DNA of 64,000 nt, taken from Candidatus Nomurabacteria bacterium (GTDB lineage: Bacteria > Patescibacteriota > Minisyncoccia > Phycocordibacterales > UBA9973). Shown here piece after piece: positions 37,712-46,503 of the stretch. The stretch lies in contig JAIOPO010000005.1 of the NCBI GenBank assembly GCA_021413905.1, forward strand, positions 81,271-145,270, written 5' to 3'. The translations under genes were made by a program, and so were the position numbers. How positions within the stretch are numbered: position 1 is the first letter of the stretch; each line of letters begins with the position of its first letter. The notes below the pieces were generated by a model. That model was not told where the DNA came from and did not search any database. It saw only the letters and a list, made by a program, of their open reading frames with translations.

Positions 37712-37732
37712 ATAGTGAGCTTGCCGAATTAT
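37712..37732 (-). repeat. Degenerate copy of the TTCGAC..GCTCA palindromic repeat
   Basis: mRNA strand ATAAT-TCGGC-AA-GCTC-ACTAT at the rpsL stop; core resembles the thyA/folA inserts with different outer stem bases. Confidence 0.45.
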
Positions 37733-38154
37733 TTCTTTCCGTCTTTCTTTGGTTTCTTGTTTCCGTAAAGTGAACGACCTTGACGTCTCTTTTCAACTCC
37801 TTGAGTATCAAGCACACCACGAACTATATGATAACGAACTCCGATCAAGTCTTTCACACGACCTCCGCGCAACATAACCACAGAGTGTTCTTGCAAATTG
37901 TGTCCTTCTCCTGGAATATAAGCAGTGACTTCCATACCGTTAGTCAAACGTACACGAGCGATTTTACGGAGAGCAGAGTTTGGTTTCTTTGGGGTGATAG
38001 TTGTAACTTTTGTACAAACTCCTCTTTTGAAAGGAGATGGGAAAAATACAGGACGATTTTTTAATGTGTTAAATCCACGCGCTAAAGCCACAGCCTTTGA
38101 TTTTTGACTTATCTTGCTTCTGTTCTTTTTAATTAATTGATTGATTGTTGGCAT
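37729..38154 (-). CDS. rpsL: 30S ribosomal protein uS12
   Basis: [25 protein letters not shown]. Confidence 0.98.
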   Translation of the reverse strand: MPTINQLIKKNRSKISQKSKAVALARGFNTLKNRPVFFPSPFKRGVCTKVTTITPKKPNSALRKIARVRLTNGMEVTAYIPGEGHNLQEHSVVMLRGGRVKDLIGVRYHIVRGVLDTQGVEKRRQGRSLYGNKKPKKDGKK

Positions 38155-38251
38155 ATAATGCTTTTTTGTAAAACAAAAGAGTCCGAGGACTCAATTAGTA
38201 ATCTACTACAAGTCGTTAAAAAATGCAAATGCTGATAGTGAATATATAATT

Positions 38252-38896
38252 TTAAATATATAAGCCGGTAATACCATGAAACAATATAGACAAAACAGGA
38301 TAAAGATAATTTGAAAAGAAAATGACAAAAACCAACAATGCAATCAATGAATATTGTTCTATTAAAAGAGTAACTGGGCGTAAAAAACCTGGCAACAATG
38401 GATAAAGTATTTTAGAGCCATCGAGCGGAGGTATTGGGACCAGATTAAACAAAGCCAAAGAAATATTTATCAAAACTATTTCAATTGTTATTTTATAAAA
38501 AGCATCAATATTCACAGGATCATAAACCGGAAAACCTAAACTCGGAGCAAGATGAATTAAAATTCCAAAAATACAAGCGATGGAAAGGTTTGCTAAAATT
38601 CCAGCAGATGCCACAGCTATGCCTCCCCATTTTTCATTTTTTAAATTATGAGGATTGTACGGCACAGGTTTCGCCCAGCCAAAAATAAAAGAATGTCCTG
38701 TAACAAGAGAACCGAGATATAACATACCAGGCAAAATAATAGAACCAAATGGATCCAAATGTTTTAATGGATTCAATGTCAGTCTTCCGGCATAACGCGC
38801 AGTTCTATCCCCTAAAAAATCAGCCATGAAGCCGTGACACAATTCGTGTATCACTACAGACATGATGAGTATGATTATAAAAAATAAAGTATCCAT
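38252..38896 (-). CDS. Site-2 protease family (M50) membrane metalloprotease
   Basis: HELCH, GRLTLNPLKHLD, FNLVPIPPLDG. Confidence 0.93.
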   Translation of the reverse strand: MDTLFFIIILIMSVVIHELCHGFMADFLGDRTARYAGRLTLNPLKHLDPFGSIILPGMLYLGSLVTGHSFIFGWAKPVPYNPHNLKNEKWGGIAVASAGILANLSIACIFGILIHLAPSLGFPVYDPVNIDAFYKITIEIVLINISLALFNLVPIPPLDGSKILYPLLPGFLRPVTLLIEQYSLIALLVFVIFFSNYLYPVLSILFHGITGLYI

Positions 38897-38958
38897 AAAA
38901 TGTTTAAAATATTAAAGGGGTTGCATCCCTACAATTTATATGATAACATAAAAAAATC

Positions 38959-39213
38959 ATGGCGAAAATATGTGCAATAACAAATAAGACTTCAATTGTC
39001 GGTGGTGGCTACTCAAACCGCACTCGTGCGACCAAATTCAACCCTACAGGCAAGAAGCGTAAGTATCAGAATCTTCAGAAAAAGAAGGTTTTTGTTCCTG
39101 AATTAAACAAATCCGTAAATATCGAGGTTTCTACAAGAGGCCTACGCACTATCAAGAAAAACGGCGCTTACGCCACACTCCTCAAAGCCGGACTAATCAA
39201 AGCTAGAGTTTAA
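38959..39213 (+). CDS. rpmB: 50S ribosomal protein bL28
   Basis: MAKICAITNK, KRKYQNLQ, VSTRGLRTIKK. Confidence 0.88.
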   Translation: MAKICAITNKTSIVGGGYSNRTRATKFNPTGKKRKYQNLQKKKVFVPELNKSVNIEVSTRGLRTIKKNGAYATLLKAGLIKARV

Positions 39214-39221
39214 ATAAAAAA

Positions 39222-39255
39222 AACAAAAAAATCCCCAAATGGGGATTTTTTTGTT
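39222..39255. terminator. Bidirectional terminator between rpmB and the helicase gene
   Basis: AACAAAAAAATCCCC-AAAT-GGGGATTTTTTTGTT. Confidence 0.88.
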
Positions 39256-39263
39256 AACTTATT

Positions 39264-40604
39264 TTAATGTGCTGGCACAAAAGTCAAAGCTGTTCCCTTT
39301 TTGCCTGCACGGCCGGTACGGCCTATGCGGTGCACATATGTGTCGTAAGTCTGTGGCACGTCGTAGTTGATAACGTGCGTGACGTCAGGTATGTCCAGAC
39401 CTCGCGCTGCGACATCTGTCGCAATCAAGATATTTATCTTGTCAGTCTTAAACAAGTCCAAAGTGCGAATACGGTCTCGGCTTCTTTTGTCGCCGTGTAT
39501 TGTACCCACTTTGAAACCGATTTTACCAAGTTCTTTAGAAAGGTCATCTACTGCATGTTTCATCTCGCGGAAAATCAAAATCTTGTCTGTGCCTTCTGAT
39601 TTCAAAACTTCGTGCAAGAGTTCTATTTTAGATTCTTTGGTTTTAAACTTCACGACATCTTGGTCAATATTTTTTGCAGTCTCACCGGAAACTACAGAAA
39701 TAAATACAGGATTTTTCAAAAAATCTGCTGTAAGTTTTTTTATTTCCGGAGAAAGTGTCGCGGAGAAAAAAAGAGTTTGTTTGTCCGGAGATGTTTTTGA
39801 AATAATTGAAACCATGTCATCGCGGAATCCCATATCAAGCATTCTGTCCGCTTCATCAAGCACCACATATTTATAAGGTGCTAAATCCAACACTTTTCTT
39901 TTTATCAAATCCATTACACGTCCTGGTGTACCGATAACGAAAGACACTCCGCGAGTAATTTCATTTATTTGTTTCATAATCGGCATACCTCCGACAACAC
40001 ATACTCCATAAAGTCCTGAGCCGAAAGCGAGAGAGCGAAGTTCTTCTTCAATCTGCATTGCGAGTTCGCGAGTAGGAGCAAGTACCAAAACTTTTTGAGT
40101 TTTGTCTTTCATTACTTTGTCTATCAATGGCAAAAGAAATGCCGCTGTCTTTCCTGTACCTGTATTTGCCAAACCAAAAACATCTTTTCCTTCAATTACA
40201 GATGGAATAGATTGATCTTGAATAGGGCGAGGATTTGTATATCCTTTACGTGTAATATTTTTATGAAGCTGTTCATTGAAAGGAAAATCCGCAAAAGTAT
40301 GTTTTGCTATGTATGGCTTTTCTTCCACTTTTACTGCTTTTTGAATAAAGCGAGAATAGTCTATCCTCTCGCCACCAAATCTACCGCGTTTTGCTGGGCG
40401 TGAATTTCTACTAAAACTATTTTTCTTAAAACCTCCACCTCCAAAACTTTTTCTAGCTCCAAAAGCTGGCTTGCTTGTGCCGAAAGAACGAACAGGCTTA
40501 CCAGTCGTAAACGGTCTGCTTGAACTTTTAGCTGGTCCCGCAAAGCGAGACGGTGCACGTACTCCAGACGAAGCTGGACGCGCGAAACTGCGTGTTTTTA
40601 TCAT
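39264..40604 (-). CDS. DEAD-box RNA helicase with basic low-complexity N-terminus
   Basis: Q motif, ANTGTGKT, PTRELA, TPGR, DEAD, SAT, ARGLD, HRIGRTGR. Start placed at ATG 40604. Confidence 0.96.
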   Translation of the reverse strand: MIKTRSFARPASSGVRAPSRFAGPAKSSSRPFTTGKPVRSFGTSKPAFGARKSFGGGGFKKNSFSRNSRPAKRGRFGGERIDYSRFIQKAVKVEEKPYIAKHTFADFPFNEQLHKNITRKGYTNPRPIQDQSIPSVIEGKDVFGLANTGTGKTAAFLLPLIDKVMKDKTQKVLVLAPTRELAMQIEEELRSLAFGSGLYGVCVVGGMPIMKQINEITRGVSFVIGTPGRVMDLIKRKVLDLAPYKYVVLDEADRMLDMGFRDDMVSIISKTSPDKQTLFFSATLSPEIKKLTADFLKNPVFISVVSGETAKNIDQDVVKFKTKESKIELLHEVLKSEGTDKILIFREMKHAVDDLSKELGKIGFKVGTIHGDKRSRDRIRTLDLFKTDKINILIATDVAARGLDIPDVTHVINYDVPQTYDTYVHRIGRTGRAGKKGTALTFVPAH

Positions 40605-40753
40605 ATATTTCTTTTTGTCATGGTAATCAATACCACGACTCAAAGTCATAATTGATTTCCATCACTTGCCCCGCTAAGCGGGGTCATTCAGTCTCGATTA
40701 GATTAAAGTGAGATTGATAATTAAAGAATAGCATATTGCTTATATAATGTCAA
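40605..40753 (-). promoter_or_regulatory. Helicase promoter and three-hairpin 5' leader
   Basis: TTGACA-N17-TATTCT (40753-40725), then three consecutive stem-loops. Confidence 0.6.
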
Positions 40754-40790
40754 ATTTGTTAAAGATATTTTGAAAAGTTATAATTCAATT

Positions 40791-41768
40791 ATGCAAAATA
40801 AACTTATTGGTAAACATGTAGATGAATTGTATTTAGACCTCTTGGAACACATTATGAAAAATGGTGTCGAGAAAACTGACCGTACAGGCACAGGCACAAA
40901 GAGCATTTTTGGCTATCAAATGCGTTTCAATCTCGCTGATGGCTTCCCTCTCCTGACCACTAAAAAAGTACCCATCAAATCCATCATACATGAATTGCTT
41001 TGGTTTATGCGCGGAGATACAAATCTGAAATATCTTGCAGATAACAATGTGCATATCTGGGATGAATGGCCTTACAAAGCATATTTAAAAAGAAACAATT
41101 TACCAATTCCAGAAATCAATGGCGAAGAATGGAAAAATGGCATGGCAGAATTTGTGGATAAAATAAAAACTGACGAAAATTTTGCAAAAGAATATGGCAA
41201 ACTTGGACCGATTTATGGTTATCAATGGAGAAGCTGGCCTACACCAAACGGTAAACACATCGACCAGCTCGCAAATGTGATAGAGCAAATAAAAAATACT
41301 CCGGACTCTCGCCGAATGATTGTGTCTGCTTGGAATGTCGCTGACATCGAAGAAATGGCAAAAGCCGGACTACCCCCTTGTCATTGTTTTTTTCAATTTT
41401 ATGTTACTCAAGCAAACCCTTCGACCGGTGCTCAGGGTAAACTCTCCTGCCAACTTTACCAAAGAAGCTGTGATACATTTTTGGGTTTGCCTTTTAATAT
41501 TGCATCATATTCTGTGTTCACAATGATGATAGCTCAAATCTGCGGACTTGAAGCTGGCGAATTCGTCTGGACTGGAGGCGACGTGCATTTATATTCAAAT
41601 CATTTAGAGCAAGCCAGACTCCAACTATCCCGCCGTGGCGACATCCGCCCAATGCCGAAAATGAAAATCAATCCTAATAAAAAAAACATAGAAGATTTCA
41701 CGATAGAAGATTTTGAATTAACAGATTACAATCCGAATGAAGGCATCAAGGCGCCTATCGCAGTTTAA
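40791..41768 (+). CDS. thyA: Thymidylate synthase
   Basis: [57 protein letters not shown]. Confidence 0.98.
   Translation: MQNKLIGKHVDELYLDLLEHIMKNGVEKTDRTGTGTKSIFGYQMRFNLADGFPLLTTKKVPIKSIIHELLWFMRGDTNLKYLADNNVHIWDEWPYKAYLKRNNLPIPEINGEEWKNGMAEFVDKIKTDENFAKEYGKLGPIYGYQWRSWPTPNGKHIDQLANVIEQIKNTPDSRRMIVSAWNVADIEEMAKAGLPPCHCFFQFYVTQANPSTGAQGKLSCQLYQRSCDTFLGLPFNIASYSVFTMMIAQICGLEAGEFVWTGGDVHLYSNHLEQARLQLSRRGDIRPMPKMKINPNKKNIEDFTIEDFELTDYNPNEGIKAPIAV
41417..41442 (+). repeat. Palindromic repeat inserted in frame in thyA
   Basis: CCCTTCGAC-CGGT-GCTCAGGGTAAAC. Confidence 0.75.
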
Positions 41769-41774
41769 AAAATT

Positions 41775-42281
41775 ATGATTTCAATCATTGCAGGAATTGG
41801 TAAAAATAATGAACTCGGAAAAAACAATGCTTTGCTTTGGCGTTTACCAGCAGATTTAAAACATTTCAAAGAATTAACTTCCGGTCATTCTATTGTAATG
41901 GGCAGAAAAACTTTTGAATCAATAGGAAAGATTTTACCAAATAGAAGAAATATAATAATTACTCGAGACAAAAATTATAAAATAGAAAATGCAGAAATAG
42001 CACATTCGCTCGAAGAAGCCCTTCGACTCGCTTCGCTCGCTCAGGGTAAACACTTAAACGAAGAAGTGTTTATTATTGGTGGTGCGGAAATATATAAACA
42101 AGCGATGAATTTTGCAGATAAACTTTATATCACAGAAATAAATGCAACGGACAAAAAAGCGGACGTATTTTTCCCGGAAATAATACCAATAGTATTCGGA
42201 GAAGTTTCCAGAGAAAATCATCAAAAAGATGAAAAAAATCCATATGATTATGCTTTTGTGGAATATAAGAGATTTTTCTAA
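41775..42281 (+). CDS. folA: Dihydrofolate reductase
   Basis: DLKHFKELT, VMGRKTFESI, LPNRRNII, FIIGGAEIY. Confidence 0.97.
   Translation: MISIIAGIGKNNELGKNNALLWRLPADLKHFKELTSGHSIVMGRKTFESIGKILPNRRNIIITRDKNYKIENAEIAHSLEEALRLASLAQGKHLNEEVFIIGGAEIYKQAMNFADKLYITEINATDKKADVFFPEIIPIVFGEVSRENHQKDEKNPYDYAFVEYKRFF
42019..42051 (+). repeat. Palindromic repeat inserted in frame in folA
   Basis: CCCTTCGAC-TCGCTTCGCTC-GCTCAGGGTAAAC. Confidence 0.75.
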
Positions 42282-42611
42282 TTAAGGATCTAAATCCGTC
42301 TTTTCTCGTATAAAAATATCTTTACCATCAGGAGATTTAACTTTTTTATATTTTCTATTTTTATTTTTTTCTATTTTGTCTACCAATTCTTTTTCCAAAT
42401 CAAAACCTAAAATCTCAGACATTCCTAAAAGGAATATAGCAACATCTGCAAATTCTTCTGCTACCCCCTCTTGCCCTTTATTGAATTTAGAAAATGCTTC
42501 TGAAAGTTCTTCATGAGCGCGACAAAATTCAAGAGCCACATCAGTGGTATTAAAACCTTTTTCCAATTTATTTCGCATTATTTCTTTTTGCAATTCTTTC
42601 AAATTTACCAT
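42282..42611 (-). CDS. MazG-like nucleotide pyrophosphohydrolase
   Basis: EELSE..EEFADV acidic motifs, single domain. Confidence 0.85.
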   Translation of the reverse strand: MVNLKELQKEIMRNKLEKGFNTTDVALEFCRAHEELSEAFSKFNKGQEGVAEEFADVAIFLLGMSEILGFDLEKELVDKIEKNKNRKYKKVKSPDGKDIFIREKTDLDP

Positions 42612-42615
42612 AAAA

Positions 42616-43122
42616 TTATTTTTGATTATTATATTTTTGTACTTCTTTGTTTAAAAGTTTAAATTTTATTCCGGCTTCTTTAAAAATCTCTTTGGTTCTT
42701 TTGCTTGCATGATAATCTTTTTTTGCAATCACTTTTTCAATACCAGCATTTATAATCATTTTAGCGCAAGCATAACAAGGTGTCATATTGCAATACAATG
42801 TGCCACCAAACAAAGCGTTGCCCACTCGAGCTGCATGCACAATTGCATTTTGTTCAGCATGCGCGGTGCGAATACAATGCATAGATTCTGTTCCATCTGC
42901 ATGAATAACAGTATGCATTTCGTGACCAATATCATCACAATGTTTTGTATTCACAGGAGAACCGGCATAACCAGTGGCTAAAATTCTATTATCTTTTACA
43001 ATAATACAACCTGTTTGACCACGATCACAGCTAGACCTTTTTGCAACAGTATCCATAATCTCAATAAAATATTCATCCCAAGATGGACGCTTGCTTTTCA
43101 AAGGCTTTTCTTGTTTCTTCAT
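42616..43122 (-). CDS. dCMP deaminase family protein
   Basis: RPSWDEYF, RSSC, HAEQNA, PCYAC. Start placed at ATG 43122. Confidence 0.93.
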   Translation of the reverse strand: MKKQEKPLKSKRPSWDEYFIEIMDTVAKRSSCDRGQTGCIIVKDNRILATGYAGSPVNTKHCDDIGHEMHTVIHADGTESMHCIRTAHAEQNAIVHAARVGNALFGGTLYCNMTPCYACAKMIINAGIEKVIAKKDYHASKRTKEIFKEAGIKFKLLNKEVQKYNNQK

Positions 43123-43197
43123 ATACAATAAATATACTACTAAAATTAAAAAAAGCCAGTCACACAGACTGGCTTTTAAACATTTCAAAAACATTAA

Positions 43198-43767
43198 TTA
43201 AAATAAATTTGGGATTTTTGTCTTAAAATTTTCCCAATTTATTTTTCGCTCTTCGGGAAGATGAGCATTGTAAGGATAATTTCTATCAAAAACAAAATGC
43301 TCAAACACTGGTGTTTTTTTACCCTTTATTTGTGGCTTGTCATCCACAAGGTAATCACACAGAATATGAGTCTTATCGTAAGTCAAAGTTAGTGAATGAG
43401 CAGCATCTGAACCAAAGTTATCCAAAAGGCATTCATATTTTTCTTTATAAGAATGTCCCGCATTTGGTCCCCTGTTTGGAGTAGAAACAAACATAACATG
43501 ATGATTTAACTCAATCAAATTTTTATAAATTTCTACTGCTCCAGGTATTAAAGGCAAATCCTTGTAAAATCCTGGACGATGCCAAATTGCATTAATTCTT
43601 GAACGATACTCTTCAGGATAATTGGAAGAAAAATCCCATTCAGTTTGTTTATCACGATGAAAAAAATCAAGATCGGGAAATTCTTTTTTGCATTCTTGCA
43701 TCAATTTTCCCACCCAATCAAAACATGTATCATCAAGGTCAAAACCAAGAGTCATATACTTACTCAT
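43198..43767 (-). CDS. HAD-family 5'(3')-deoxyribonucleotidase (NT5C-like)
   Basis: FDLDDT, GFYKDLPLIPGA, LTYDKT, LVDDKP, YPYN; AGGAGGT upstream. Confidence 0.88.
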   Translation of the reverse strand: MSKYMTLGFDLDDTCFDWVGKLMQECKKEFPDLDFFHRDKQTEWDFSSNYPEEYRSRINAIWHRPGFYKDLPLIPGAVEIYKNLIELNHHVMFVSTPNRGPNAGHSYKEKYECLLDNFGSDAAHSLTLTYDKTHILCDYLVDDKPQIKGKKTPVFEHFVFDRNYPYNAHLPEERKINWENFKTKIPNLF

Positions 43768-43837
43768 AAAAACCTCCTTTAAGATTGTTTAATTTTTCAA
43801 ATTCTACTTTCAGACTATCAATTTAAAAACAAAAAGT

Positions 43838-43873
43838 AAAGCACCCCATAGGCCTTGCCTATGGGGTGCTTTT
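43838..43873 (-). terminator. Intrinsic terminator directly after rplK
   Basis: Plus strand AAAGCACCCCATAGGC-CTT-GCCTATGGGGTGCTTT. Confidence 0.85.
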
Positions 43874-43891
43874 GTATATATTTTAAAAAAT

Positions 43892-44314
43892 TTATTTAAC
43901 TTCTATACCCATAGATCTCGCGGAACCTGCAATAATAGCGACAGCGCCATCCATGTCTTTTGCATTTAAGTCAGTCATTTTCTTTGTTGCAATTTCTTCA
44001 GCTTGAGCGCGAGTTATTTTGCCCACTTTTGAAGAATTTGGTTTTCCGGAACCTTTTTCCACACCTGCCGCTTTCAATATCAAATCAGTAGCTGGAGAAG
44101 TCTTTACAACAAAATCATAAGTGCGGTCTTCATAAACAAAAACTTGCACACCCACCTTTTCACCCATCATTTTTGATGTAGCAGCGTTAAATTTAGTAAC
44201 GAAATCCCCTATGTTTATACCAGCTTGTCCCAATGCAGGTCCAAGAGGCGGAGCTGGAGTAGCTCTTCCACCCATAATTTGTAATTTAATTTTCTTTGTT
44301 ATCTTTTTTGCCAT
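43892..44314 (-). CDS. rplK: 50S ribosomal protein uL11
   Basis: [19 protein letters not shown]. Confidence 0.98.
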   Translation of the reverse strand: MAKKITKKIKLQIMGGRATPAPPLGPALGQAGINIGDFVTKFNAATSKMMGEKVGVQVFVYEDRTYDFVVKTSPATDLILKAAGVEKGSGKPNSSKVGKITRAQAEEIATKKMTDLNAKDMDGAVAIIAGSARSMGIEVK

Positions 44315-44331
44315 TGCTTTTGTATATTATA

Positions 44332-44877
44332 TTAAATCTTCTTAACTTGCAAGAAATCCAACTCGACTGGTGTCTCGCGACCAAACATTGAAACAAGAAC
44401 TTTTATCTTACCTCTTTCTTGATCAACGCTGTTTACTTTACCTTCTAAATCCTTAAATGGTCCATCACTAATCAAAACAGTCTCTCCTATCGCCAAATCA
44501 ATATTGTGTTTTGCTGTATTAGAATCCATTTTCTTAAACAAATAATCAACTTCTTCTTTTCGAAGTGGCACAGGGTTGACTCCCGCACCAACAAAACCTG
44601 TAACACGAGGTGTATTACGAACAATATACCAAGAATCATCAGTAACAATCATATCCACCAATACATAACCAGGATAAATTTTTTCTTCAACTTCAACTCT
44701 TTTACCAGCTTTAATTTTTACCTTTTTTTCTACAGGCACTATTACATTAAAAATCTTTTCATGCATACCCAAAGAATCTATGCGTTGTTTTAAATTGCGA
44801 AGAACCGCATTTTCATATCCTGCATAAGTATGTATTGCATACCAATTCCTAACTCCTTGTGTTTCTTGTTTTGACAT
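44332..44877 (-). CDS. nusG: Transcription factor NusG
   Basis: WYAIHTYAGYE, YPGYVLV, TPRVTGFVG, KOW domain, FGRETPVEL. Confidence 0.98.
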   Translation of the reverse strand: MSKQETQGVRNWYAIHTYAGYENAVLRNLKQRIDSLGMHEKIFNVIVPVEKKVKIKAGKRVEVEEKIYPGYVLVDMIVTDDSWYIVRNTPRVTGFVGAGVNPVPLRKEEVDYLFKKMDSNTAKHNIDLAIGETVLISDGPFKDLEGKVNSVDQERGKIKVLVSMFGRETPVELDFLQVKKI

Positions 44878-44880
44878 AAA

Positions 44881-45066
44881 TTAAAAAGAAATTATTTTTG
44901 TTAATCCTTTTGAAAACAGAAAATCAAAAAATCCTAAGAAATAAGCTATTAAAAAAGACAATAATAAAACTATACCAGTATAAAAAACTGTCTGGCTTTT
45001 TGTAGGCCAATTAACATGCTTTAATTCTGTTTTTGCTTCATTAAAATATTCAGTAATTTTTGACAT
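44881..45066 (-). CDS. secE: Preprotein translocase SecE
   Basis: ELKHVNWP plus one TM helix; upstream of nusG. Confidence 0.95.
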   Translation of the reverse strand: MSKITEYFNEAKTELKHVNWPTKSQTVFYTGIVLLLSFLIAYFLGFFDFLFSKGLTKIISF

Positions 45067-45154
45067 ATATTTATATTTTACAATGTTTTCTTTTATTAAA
45101 AAAGCCCCGCAAAGGGCTCTTTTAAATATACTCTTTTTAACTTAAAAAGTCAAC

Positions 45155-45943
45155 TTAACGAATTTCAAAAGTGATAGTCACATCTGAAGTTATTGTATTC
45201 TCTCCTTTTGGCAATTCAGCCACAGCAGGAGCAGAACTTCCCATAGCCATATCAGTTTTAGCATACATTGGCATAGGATAATTTCCATTCTCATTAAATG
45301 AAGTAATTTTTCCTAAATGAACACCTAAATCTCTGGCTAAAGATTTAGCCTTTTCTTTTGCATCATCTATAGCTTGTTTTCTAGCTTCAGCTTTTAAAGC
45401 ATCTTCATCATCAATAGAAAAATTTGGACCACTCAAATCTGTAACACTCAAACTTCCTAATCCTTGCATAATTGTTCCAACATTGTCAGTATTTCTTATT
45501 TTCACACTAATACTTTCATAAGCTTCGTAACCGACTATTTTTGGAGAAACAGGATCACAAGGACGAGGGTATGAATTTAAACAAGGATTTGTATAATCAT
45601 ATTTAGGATTAAAAGATGCATTTTGTGTTTTAATATCTTTATCTTCAATCTTATTTCCTCTTAAAAAACTTAAAGATTTATTTTCAATTTGAGCCACAGA
45701 ATCTTGAGCTTCTTTTACAGTTTTTGCTTCTTTGTGAATTGTAAAAGAAATATTGGCAATATCAGGCACAGCATTTACTTCTCCATGTCCTGTAAAAGAA
45801 ATGACATTAATATTTTTATTATCATCTTCATTTAAATTTTTTAATTCAGACAAAACTTTTACACCTAAAAATAAAGCTAGGATTATACCTACAATCAAAA
45901 TTATTTTGAATAACTTGCCCTTTTGTTCATTTGTAATTTCCAT
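45155..45943 (-). CDS. SIMPL (DUF541) domain protein
   Basis: TGHGEVNAVPD, ARKQAIDDAKEKA, LGVHLGKI. Confidence 0.88.
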   Translation of the reverse strand: MEITNEQKGKLFKIILIVGIILALFLGVKVLSELKNLNEDDNKNINVISFTGHGEVNAVPDIANISFTIHKEAKTVKEAQDSVAQIENKSLSFLRGNKIEDKDIKTQNASFNPKYDYTNPCLNSYPRPCDPVSPKIVGYEAYESISVKIRNTDNVGTIMQGLGSLSVTDLSGPNFSIDDEDALKAEARKQAIDDAKEKAKSLARDLGVHLGKITSFNENGNYPMPMYAKTDMAMGSSAPAVAELPKGENTITSDVTITFEIR

Positions 45944-45973
45944 ATTTTATTCTATTTCGCTAAACGAAATATA

Positions 45974-46450
45974 TTATTTTTTAATAGCAACCAATTCAAC
46001 TTTGAAAGTCAAAACAGAATTTGGAGGGATCACACCACCTACACCATTGGCACCATAACCATACTCAGGATTTATTTCCAATGTTCTTTGTTCTCCTGTT
46101 TTCATACCAGCAATACCTTCATCCCAACCTTTTATCACTTGTCCTGCTCCGATTGTAAAAACAAAAGGTTGAACATGATTAAACTTTGGATCAACATTTG
46201 AATCAAAAACTGTACCATCTGCGAGCATGCCTGTGTAATTCATAGCAACAGTATCACCCGTCTTAGCAATGTCACCATTACCTTCTTTTGTAATTGTAAA
46301 TTTATAACCTTCTTTTTGCACTGTTTGTGTATTGTTTTCTGCTGTCATTTTATTTTTATTTTTATTAATAGTAATATAAGCTAACCCGCCAATAACAACC
46401 AAAATAATTAAAACTGAAACAACCATATTTAATTTATTATCTTTAAACAT
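45974..46450 (-). CDS. FKBP-type peptidyl-prolyl isomerase, membrane-anchored
   Basis: YTGMLADGTVFDS, VIKGWDEG, YGYG, IPPNSVLTF. Confidence 0.95.
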   Translation of the reverse strand: MFKDNKLNMVVSVLIILVVIGGLAYITINKNKNKMTAENNTQTVQKEGYKFTITKEGNGDIAKTGDTVAMNYTGMLADGTVFDSNVDPKFNHVQPFVFTIGAGQVIKGWDEGIAGMKTGEQRTLEINPEYGYGANGVGGVIPPNSVLTFKVELVAIKK

Positions 46451-46503
46451 ATTTTTATTTTTTATAATTAACTTTTAATACAAAACATTATACACTTTTT
46501 TAA

